64,000 nt of DNA from Tubulanus polymorphus (Eukaryota; Animalia; Nemertea). A program made the position numbers and the translations under genes. The stretch spans positions 10,200,451 through 10,264,450 of the forward strand of contig NC_134035.1 in NCBI RefSeq assembly GCF_964204645.1, given 5' to 3'. Below the pieces are notes generated by a model. The model saw nothing but the letters and a program-made list of their open reading frames with translations. It was not told the origin of the DNA and did no database searches. Shown piece by piece: positions 54,141 to 64,000 of this stretch (the stretch's first letter is position 1; the number at the start of each line of letters is the position of its first letter).

Positions 54141-56255
54141 TCTGATAATGGTCGAAAGTTCCCAATTTCTAATAAAATCAGTTAACCTACAAGAACTCAC
54201 TGTTTGTAGCCACAATGATAATACGCTGTTGAGGCCCTGAACTATGATTGATATCTAGGTAATATTTGCCATGCCTCATTTGCAAAAAGGTTGGAACCTA
54301 ACAAACCAGTGAATCGATGAAATAATGAAAAGTTTTCAAACCGTCCCGGATAAAACACAGGTTGACCGTTCACGCTGATGCTAAATCCTAGTGAATAAAA
54401 AATAAATCAGTTAGCCTACAAGAACTAACTGTTTTTTCGATCGATTAGGTAATACAAATATAACTATAGTCACGATCACACGGAGACGATTTGGCACGGG
54501 CCAAATTGGCACGGATCAGACTCTGGCCAAATTTGGCCCGTGCCTAATTAGAGAGCGCGTTCACACGCAAACCATTCACTCGATACTAAACAATGCTCAA
54601 CCAAAGCGAAGTGGATCTATAAGTGGATAATATCTAGATATTTTTTTTGGATTAATCAATGTTTTCGGTGAATTTACGGTCGCCCGAGACGTCTTCTATT
54701 TTTGACCTCAGCCGATCGCGTCTAATTCTCAGGCGAATCACGGAGGAAGTGGAGCTACATTTGAAAGAGGCTGAATTTGTCATCGCGCATACAGAACGTC
54801 GAGCGCCAGGTAGTTTGGCCAATTAAGGCAATTTCAGCGGATAAATTTAGTGAACATCCGTTTACAGGAATCTCTAAGTATACGATTTTCCGCAAACTGC
54901 TTGAATGATTGTTTCCGGGTGGGTTCAACCGTGGATCGTATACATGTACGCGGCATCTGCGCTGGTTCTTAGAACTTCGATCTAAAATGACGACTGAAAA
55001 TGACACGGCGGTGAACGGCGTCAATTTTTTTCGCGCATAAAGAATTCAAACACGATAAGAAGTCTCTTCGAAGTGATGTAAGAAGCGAGTGATGCAAAAA
55101 TGAGAAACAGGGATGATCTTAGGGGACAACTTGGCTTAAGACTACTTGAATATCCTTAACAACATAAACAGGGAGAGGGGGCGATTTCACTTGTTTTTTC
55201 CCTAAATTGATCTGCCAAGAATTCAATGAATTAACGCAGTCAAATATGTAAAAAATAGACGGAAACTGTTTGATTATCGCCATCTAGCAATCTTAACACA
55301 TTTCCCTGACTTATCCGTTATTTTTCGAGTTTTTTTTTCCAAAATTCCCAGACATTTCTATAGAAAAATCCTTGACTTTATCCTCATTTCCAGGTAAGTG
55401 GCCACCCTGATAATATGCCGTTGATGCCCTGAACTATGATATCTAGGTAATATTTGTTATACCTATTTTGCAAAAAGGTTGTAACCTAACAAAATCAGTG
55501 AATCGATGAAACACGTGGAGTTATTTTGTTGTTTCGACTGTTTAAAAACAGGCCAAATACGAGTGACAAGATTAATGAATCATTGATACTTTTAATGATT
55601 TCTAAAACGTTTTAATGGCATACCAGTCACATTTGAAGCACCAATAAGGCTAAACATAAGTGTCATTCAAAAATGTTCTGACCCTGTATGAATGTCTTAT
55701 TTAGGGCTATCTGGTCTAGGTGACAGCAGGCCATGGCAACCTCTCATATTTGTACTTTCGACATGTTTTCTTTTTATCTTATTTTTTCTAATCAAGTGAT
55801 ATGACAAGTACAAATTGTGAGAAAATTTAAAAAAATGATGATGAAAACGGCGACGAAAGTGCGCAGTGGTTTTTGAGTGGTGTAGAATTTAAATGGTTAC
55901 CACACGGCCGCGGCACGACTAACAGTGGTCGCAGCTGTAGTTTACGAGTTCACAGTGGCTATTACCGGCACCGAATATCATTAAGTCAGATTTTCTTCCG
56001 CAATATTATTCCGACAAAGCGATATATAATATATATATATTCATCAACCGGATGAAGAAACCTATGACGGACAGAAGTTCACCCGGTACTTGCCTATTCA
56101 TGTCACAGGGGGGATCGAACGGTCATTTATGACAGCACGACAGGGCACCAAAAAAACTAAATATCTTCTATCTGTTCTCTACATAGAGGGAATTGCCTGA
56201 ATATAGACGGAACACCTAAAATAGAGGGAATTGCCTGAATATAGTAGGAATCGAC

Positions 56256-56537
56256 AGAGGTAACGGACTGAAATAGAGGTAACGGACTGAAATAGAGGTA
56301 ACGGACTGAAATAGAGGTAATGGAATGAAATAGAGGTAACGGAATGAAATAGAGGTAACGGACTGAAATAAAGGCAATGGGCTGAAATAGAGGTAACGGA
56401 CTGAAATACAGGTAACGGACTGAAATACAGGTAACGGACTGAAATACAGGTAACTGACTGAAATAGAGGTAACGGACTGAAATAGAGGTAACGGACTGAA
56501 ATAGAGGTAACGGACTGAAATAGAGGTAACGGACTGA
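56256..56537. repeat. 19-bp minisatellite (TGAAATAGAGGTAACGGAC)n, ~15 units
   Basis: Directly visible tandem units. Confidence 0.95.
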
Positions 56538-57109
56538 TGGCGATTGATGAAATTCAATATGTTAATTCACCTGCACGCACGTACGAAAAGTATATCGAAA
56601 AAATCTTCAGCCGATTATTTGCTCGTTGACAACGTGGAGTACCGCTGGGTCGAGAGAGAGCGCAATAATGGCCCACAGCAGATGGTCACGTTAGCCTGAT
56701 TCTCATCAACCCGGTGTAAGCACCATTACTACCCGAGAGATCCCTGCATCGGATTGAATTACTTACTACTAGTACGCGTTGCTACGTATTCCCGTAGCCT
56801 TAAGTCATCATTCGAATAATAAACATTTTCTCATACTTTTTTTATTTTCATCGAGCGACAACACGGCAGCACTCCCGATTCTAGATCGAAGCCGACTGCG
56901 ATGATGTTGATCCTCGGTAAGCAACGCCAAAACACTTACTCAGCTGACAGTAATGGATCAATAATGTAGACTTCGAAAAAAGCTTTCATTTTGAGAAGGG
57001 CGCAGTTTTGCCGAAAGATATCATGAAGTTACGCCTTTTCTGTAAATAAAGGACACGATTTTGTCAAAAATTATGAAAAAAAGTAAAGTTAATCAATTGG
57101 TATTCAAAA

Positions 57110-57540
57110 TGATCTAAGATTCTCATGTGAAATATCATTGCTCTACAAGAAATAAATTTACAGTTATAGGCCAAAATGTACATTTTAGGAATCGAAGATG
57201 GCTGCCAGTCAGCCATCTCGGATGGGATGGCAGCATGACCTACCAGTAGATATATAATGTCATCTAAATTCTCAAATGAAATTTCATTGCTCAACAAATG
57301 AAATACATTTTAAGCAATAGGCCAAAATGTACATTTTTGAAATCGAAGATGGCTGCCAGTCAGCCATCTTGGATGGCAGGACCATCTACATTCATCTATG
57401 GATATCGAATATGATCTAACATTTTCATGTGAAATATCAATGCTTCACACGCAACAAATTCAGTTATAGGCCAGAATGTATATTTTCTGAATCAAAGATG
57501 GCTGACTGGCAGCTTCACGTGGAAGTGGTACAGCCAAAAC
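57110..57540. repeat. ~150-bp degenerate tandem repeat with AAGATGGCTGCCAGTCAGCCATCT palindromes
   Basis: Three copies of ATAGGCCA(A/G)AATGTA...AAGATGGCTG. Confidence 0.75.
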
Positions 57541-60500
57541 CATAACATATCCCTCTTATTCCCCCGGGGGATAAAATTACCCCAGCTATAGAATAGAACC
57601 CTTCCAGACAGGATCGTCCTCAACCTGTCTGACATTAGGATTTGCTAATCGCCACATTACCGCCCACTCAAGATAATGTACTCCACAGAAACTATGAAAT
57701 TGTATATCTAAACTCGATTCCTAATACAGCCTGGGCCCAAATGCACATTTAAAGTGATGACATCAACCCAAAAACTCTTTAATATCAAGACTGAGTGCCT
57801 GGTCTCAAATCTTAAGCCTGGACGAAAGAGTCCATTAAACACGATAGTTGCCCATATCACTGAAACCGGTGAATCGGGAAAGTCTTCAAACTTATATTAT
57901 AATAGTTGCAGCAGCATTGTATGATTTTAAGAACTAAAATGATACATCTTCAACGACGCACTTGACACCGAATTTACGAGACAGACAAAAAATACTTGAT
58001 AAAACACTGCAGGCAATTTCTCATATACTCATTCAGTAATTATCGTTAATACTACTCGGGCAGGTGCTGAAAATCCCAAGATCTCGACTCTTCAAAAACA
58101 AAACCGAATCCAAAATTAATCGGTGCCGATTTGATTCGACGTATATCGAATTTTCGTAATTATATTTCGAGTAGTCGAGAACGATACAATGAAACTAGAA
58201 AATTTGCAGATGCGAATCACGAATGAATCTTGAATCGTAAATGCGCTCGCGCGCTGCGAAATCGACGTTTTTCGAGATGGACGCTTTTCATTCCATCTCG
58301 ACAATAATCTTTATAGTAACAGTATCGAATGACTAGTATGTTATACTCTTCGAGCGACTTGACATCGTTACAATAAGTGTCATCTTCGCAAACAGCTCGA
58401 AGTCTGCTTCTCATCAATGAGACTTCATCTTTATAAAGATGAAAATTTTTCGACGCCGTAAAAAACCATTACGATAATGTTTATATATTGTGAATTGAAG
58501 CATGTTTTTTTGTAATTAAACATATTTCATGACATTTATTTTCTATTTGATAAATTTCAATGTCTTTTTGAGAAGATTTGTAGAGGTGTCGACTGCATAC
58601 AAGACGTGTAGTACTTAAATGGTTAACTATTTAATTTGATAATGAGTAAGCCCTCAAGATGAAGCTACCATTCACTAGTAGTGAAAGCTCCTGCGTCAGA
58701 TAAAAAAGTTAACCATCGAAGTACTACTCCTCTCCTTGTAGTTAATGCATGGTTAATTTAGGAGAATGTGTCATCAATATAGCAGGCTGGTCTATATTAT
58801 TTTGTGAGAGTTTCCGAAGAAAATAAAAGTATCCAGAGGAAGGGGTATAACCCCGGGAAATGGTTTTATTATTAACCACTTTATCATTTATTCTCCACGT
58901 TTCGGTGAGGATATTCTACCAAGTGTTTACATTTTGTAACAGGGAAATCTTTGAACAAATACAACATTTCGAGAAAGTTTCACCGGATGAACTTTACACA
59001 GAAAGTTTCTCCGACGACGGATCTATCTATGGAAATATGTCTCTCAACGCTCTCGGGGCTTTTCAAAACCGACGTCCAATTTCGCAAATGACAAATCAAA
59101 CAACATACGTATTCAACGCGATTACCTTCGCCCGCATTAAAAACATTTCAAAATATTTATTTCAACGATCCGATCGCGCAGGCCTCCGGCGTCGAAATTG
59201 CCCGACGTTTTCCGGTCCGTTAAACTCGAAATAATTCTCCCGAGTTATTGACCAAATATTTTTCGCGAACAATACGAAAATTCGAACCTCGAATTGACCC
59301 CCGTCTGGCATCAACAACAAAAACCGGTATTCAAAATTGTCCTTTTCGTGATGATTTGATTTCGATGGTCAAGAGTGAAATGTTTCTATTCACAACACAA
59401 GTATAGGTTTAATTGTTGACAAAGGTTTCAAGTGAGAAATCGACCCGATCCGACGATACGCTATGAAATGGCTAAAAGTTCATTAAACTTTTCGAACTTT
59501 AATTCGCAAATTACGAAGTCTCATTATCTACCGGTTCGCCTCCCGGAAATAGTGCAAATAACATCCATTGAAGCAAAATGAGAGAATTCCATCAGTTCAA
59601 AAGAAAAAACATGTAATCTGTATGTTTCATCAGTTACTAACTAGTCAGGTAATGGAAGAGGCCACAGATTCTAGAGTCTGAAGTACCTCAACCCTACCAG
59701 CAAGGTTAGATAATTGCTCGTAGCTCAACCCAAATACACACCTGTCTGAATCTGTTCTTATCCATTCGAGGATTAGGGATTTCATGATAGCGAAACTGAG
59801 AGACAGTAATCAAGACTCATCGACCCTAAAAATACTCATTACAAAGCTAACGGTGAAGACAAGTAAAGAAACATAATGAGGTATCATTTTGGAATAAGGA
59901 TCAAGCTCATTGCTGTAGATTTCACGGTAGTGACCCCTATGTAAGACCACAGGAAGTACCCATTAACTCCTATGTGCTTCTTAAGATGAAATAAGAGGCA
60001 TCAGTGAACAAAGTACAGTCAAACTTGGTTAAGCCATCGTCAGAAAACATAGTCACATTACCGACGTCAATTTTTCAGTCTGAATTTTTATTTCCAATTT
60101 AATCTAGTAAGCGTAAGTAGCCGTTTGGATAAATCATCGACACGACCCGCCAACTACGACGATATCTTCACCGAGTTTCAACGCGTAGTGATATTTCATC
60201 TTCAACATCAGTTCGCCCGGATTTTTCCCGAGGATGTAGTTATTTTCCGGGTTTTTTTTCAAAAACAATTCCGATTTCATTCATTCATTCATTCATTCGT
60301 TCGTTTCGTCTGTTTAATCTGGATGAGGAACGACGGTGGCGGCGGCGCGAGCGAGCGCGGCGTCGTCATCATGTACCGACGTAACGAGATTAACAAAACG
60401 ATTGACGTTGTTTGTATAAGCAGACTAATTTCACTGCGACAAGCACCTTACTGTCTCATCATTACGTAATCTATATCGATTTGACATAACCTATCGTAAT

Positions 60501-60566
60501 GAAAAGGCCAATCGGTTTTCTCAAGCACCGCTGCGCACATATCCAAACATTCTAGATAGAAAATAG

Positions 60567-60768
60567 CGAGGGAGAGAGGGAGAGAGGGAGAGAGGGAGAG
60601 AGGGAGAGAGGGAGAGAGGGAGAGAGGGAGAGAGGGAGAGAGGGAGAGAGGGAGAGAGGGAGAGAGGGAGAGAGGGAGAGAGGGAGAGAGGGAGAGAGGG
60701 AAAGAGGGAGAGAGGGAGAGAGGGAGAGAGGGAGAGAGGGAGAGAGGGAGAGAGAGAGAGAGAGAGAG
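60567..60768. repeat. (GAGAGAGG)n / (GA)n tract
   Basis: Directly visible 8-mer repeat. Confidence 0.97.
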
Positions 60769-60849
60769 CTTTTGATTTTTATGTTAAGAGAAGCTAGCCT
60801 GCTATGCAGCACTATGCCAGTAAATAACATTCGCCCAAGAAACTCTGTC

Positions 60850-60974
60850 ACCAACAGGATTCGAACCTATGAACATGGATCGACAAGGACCAGTGACCAG
60901 CGTCTTGAAACACTCGGCGACTGTGTCTTGAAACACTCGGCGACTGCGTCTTGAAACACTCGGCGACTGTGTCT
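60850..60974 (-). mobile_element. tRNA-derived SINE head with triplicated 23-bp A-box segment
   Basis: B box GGTTCGAATCC (60867-60857). The A-box-like AGTCGCCGAGTGTTT lies in a 23-bp unit repeated three times (60902, 60925, 60948). Confidence 0.6.
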
Positions 60975-61308
60975 TTCATTCACATCAATGTAGTTTAAAA
61001 CTTTTCGGTCGAATGAAGTTTTTCAAGCATTTCAAGGATTGATTGCGACATTTCAATACGTGACGCAATCATTTTCAGTCTATTCATCTCTCGAACTGCC
61101 TCATTCCCGCATAAAAAAAAGCTGAAAACCTAAAATTTCATAGTTAAGCCTCGAGTATGCAGTATGTTCTCATTAGTGTGATTTCTTATGTCTTCAACGC
61201 AAAGAAGTTCAGTAAATTTCATTACGTGTGTGTATGACTGAATGTGAGTGTGTGTGTGAGTGTATGAGTGAATGACTTAACTCCGCAAATCTGCTATCGA
61301 GAAAAAAG

Positions 61309-61322
61309 GTTGCCATGGCAAC
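61309..61322. promoter_or_regulatory. Perfect palindromic RFX X-box GTTGCCATGGCAAC
   Basis: Exact 14-bp consensus at the edge of a CpG-rich block. Confidence 0.55.
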
Positions 61323-62818
61323 AAAATCTTTCAACTATACTTTAAATTTCATCGATTAGAATCGTACGCGAATCGAACGGATACTACGCGCGAATCGGTC
61401 GCCGAGAATACGTAATAAAACCGGTACCGGTACCGGTGGCGCGCTCTACGCACGGATTTGCGAAATTCAACCCCCCTCCCCGCGTCGCACAGGGATTGAC
61501 TCCCCGTGTATATGACGTTCACCGATGATGATCGATACGCGCATCTTACTACGACTACTTACGCATCTAGGTAACGCGCAGCTCAATTCGGTCGCTTTTT
61601 ACTCGACGCGGTAACAAATTACCCGCTATTATTGACATTGTCCACTCTCTCTCTCTCCCTCGGCCGCAACGAGATAAACGCTTCAGTCTTATGTAGATTT
61701 CTCAATAAATGGCAGCAACTATCTCACAAACAATATATACAGGAAAAAATACAGCTTTTAGTTTCAGGCATTCGTGATACATACAGACTACTGGTTTCAC
61801 CTCAACGCTTTGACCTTACAATTGAAAGCCACTTTATACGAATTCAAAAGATTACAGGAAAAAATGAAATCAAATTTTCAATCAAGAAAATGAAAGACAG
61901 AACATTTCGAACTCTCTCTAGCGATCATTTTATGTATTTCTTAACACCTGTCAAGAAGTCAGAAATGTTGTTAGTTTTAATTTTTTGATTTGATAAAAAA
62001 ATTTCATTTTTAACCTTTGAAGTTTGTAGACAGTCACTGTTTATTTTATCATTTATTCTCCACGTATGAGTGCGGCTATCCCACTACTTACACTTTGTGC
62101 CACTGTTGTCTAAAGTAAAGTTTAGATAATCGGAAATGGCCTAATTTCAACTCAATTAAACTCGACTCCGTAACTGCGAAATTGGCGCAATCTTCAAGAT
62201 TGAAGTATACAATATTCAACATTCATTTATTCATAGATTGAAATTGGGGAATGCTGATTTTTGAAATAAGGGGCTTCAATCGACTGAGTTCGTCGCTGCG
62301 CGCGCGAGCGCCGTTTTAAGTAGAGAATCAAATACTGCGAATAGCGAAATTACGAGTAGTCATATAATAAAAAGCATGTTTGAATATTGTGCCAAACGGG
62401 GGAAAATCCTGATATATGGTTTTACCGAGAGTCTCTTCGCCGACGATATATAAAGCACTTATGCCGACTGACGAAACGAGATTGAAAAGAAATTAAATTT
62501 TCAAGATGCCAAGCGCGCGGAGATTTATTTCAATCTCGGCAGCCGGCTTATTACTAATGGTATATGGATTTACTTCCAATCGGAAATCGAAAATATAACC
62601 AGAAAACCTGGGCAGAGTGAGACGAGAGAGGGAGAGAAAAAAAAGACTGTAGATGAATGACTTCAAGCTGCGCACATGTTCTTAATGTACGCAGCGATCT
62701 TAACACGAAGGCAGGTAGTACTGAGTGGGTTAACGCACTTAACTTGAAATTATAAATTTGTTATTTTCAGATAAAATCAATTTTCCAATACACATATCCG
62801 GCTTATCCATACACATAA

Positions 62819-62819
<1 letters not shown>

Positions 62820-62914
<95 letters not shown>

Positions 62915-62920
62915 ATATCT
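62820..62920. repeat. (TA)n microsatellite
   Basis: Directly visible. Confidence 0.95.
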
Positions 62921-63754
62921 ATTGAAATCTCAAAATCGAAACCTGATATATTGAAATCTCAAAATCGAAACCTGATGAAAGATATTTTCAAAATCATTCT
63001 GAACTTAGGACAATTTGTTTGATAATCCATTCTGAATCGATCAGTATTGCGCATATCTTTTTCCTGAAAATAAATATCACCATTTCGCTATTTTGCGATA
63101 TGCGCAATTATAAACGCGATGGTGTCGTAGTCGTAAACGCAGAGCTGCCAGTCGACGACAATAACTGGACGCAGCGTAGACAAATGAAACGACGCATTAA
63201 AATCAATTTACGGCGATATTAGTAAGTGTCGCAAATCCAATTGCAAACACATAAAACGATAAACGAAATATTTTGCGCCGCGCAATTTAGCCGCGGTAAC
63301 ATTAGTCGATAATGTAATAAGTAATAAGTAACGCAAGCTCGGGCATAGTGTACGGGGTAGTTAGTACAGCCGGCAGGTGTTTGAATATCTCCATACGGCA
63401 CCCGAACGAACGTTTGAATTTCCAATCGAAAAATATGCATCAGACGCACGAATAGCAGAAAAACCGTCGACTTTAATAACAATCGCAAAGAAAAACGACG
63501 ACATTGTTTGCTTCCCTCCCGTCCCGAATGCCGTGCGCGCGCGTCGCGAAATTACGCGTTCAAACATATCCGAAAAGCGACCAGGAAAAAAAAAACGATA
63601 TAGTTGTACGAAATATCTATCGTCACGAGATAGATAATAATTTCGCGAATTTTCGTCGCCGAATTATTCGGCAAATAGACGCGGCATTTCGAAACGCGGC
63701 GTTACTGTCGTAGTTAGCGCATACAATAATGTGTCGTCGTCGTCGCACACTTAC

Positions 63755-63805
63755 CCGAGATCAACGCTGATGCAATATTTAGCTATGTAAATAATCCGAC
63801 GCGAC
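63755..63805 (-). other. Candidate 51-nt exon
   Basis: Minus strand reads ttttttttctaaattcacctcccgcAG|GTCGCG...GATCTCGG|GTaagt. It has a branch-like CTAA, a pyrimidine tract, a consensus donor and a length divisible by 3. One frame is open (SRRIIYIAKYCISVDL). Confidence 0.5.
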
Positions 63806-64000
63806 CTGCGGGAGGTGAATTTAGAAAAAAAAAACCGTATGTCTCACACGCAATGATTCCGAGGAGGACTTCCAACGAGACTACCTTATGTATATATACA
63901 GGAAACTTATCGATCAATTTTTCGAGTTGAAAATATCCCTAATCAGGTACGAATCAAGTGCAATTAATTGAATTGCCGAGCTTGTGATGTACGTAAGATG

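Noticed and set aside
14170-60974. Functional tRNA genes at 14170, 27855 and 60850
   Set aside because: A/B boxes are present, but I could not fold intact acceptor and anticodon arms, so they are treated as SINE heads

Overview
This is eukaryotic, animal-like (probably invertebrate) non-coding DNA. None of the six-frame ORFs resembles a protein family I recognise, and most long ones are translations of GA/TA repeats. The window looks like the large 5' intronic/regulatory part of a minus-strand gene. It has two well-formed small internal exons (6133-6205 and 63755-63805) and several candidate alternative first exons ending in GTAAG/GTGAG donors (11747, 22669, 29850, 31458). Two features stand out. 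First, CpG-dense unique blocks alternate with almost CpG-free, repeat-filled blocks at a quasi-period of about 1.0-1.3 kb, and CpG-to-TpG/CpA decay is visible inside the repeats. Second, at least six palindromic inserts are centred on minimal type I hammerhead ribozyme-like motifs (Penelope-like element termini); two have 11-12 bp target-site duplications, and a related half-motif has been amplified into a minisatellite. The window also holds several MITE families (PIF/Harbinger-like, and CAGGG-ended types with 5-6 bp TSDs), tRNA-derived SINE heads, LINE tails, micro- and minisatellites, a dense GGTCA half-site cluster and a perfect RFX X-box. All coordinates and counts were read by eye, and no searches were run.
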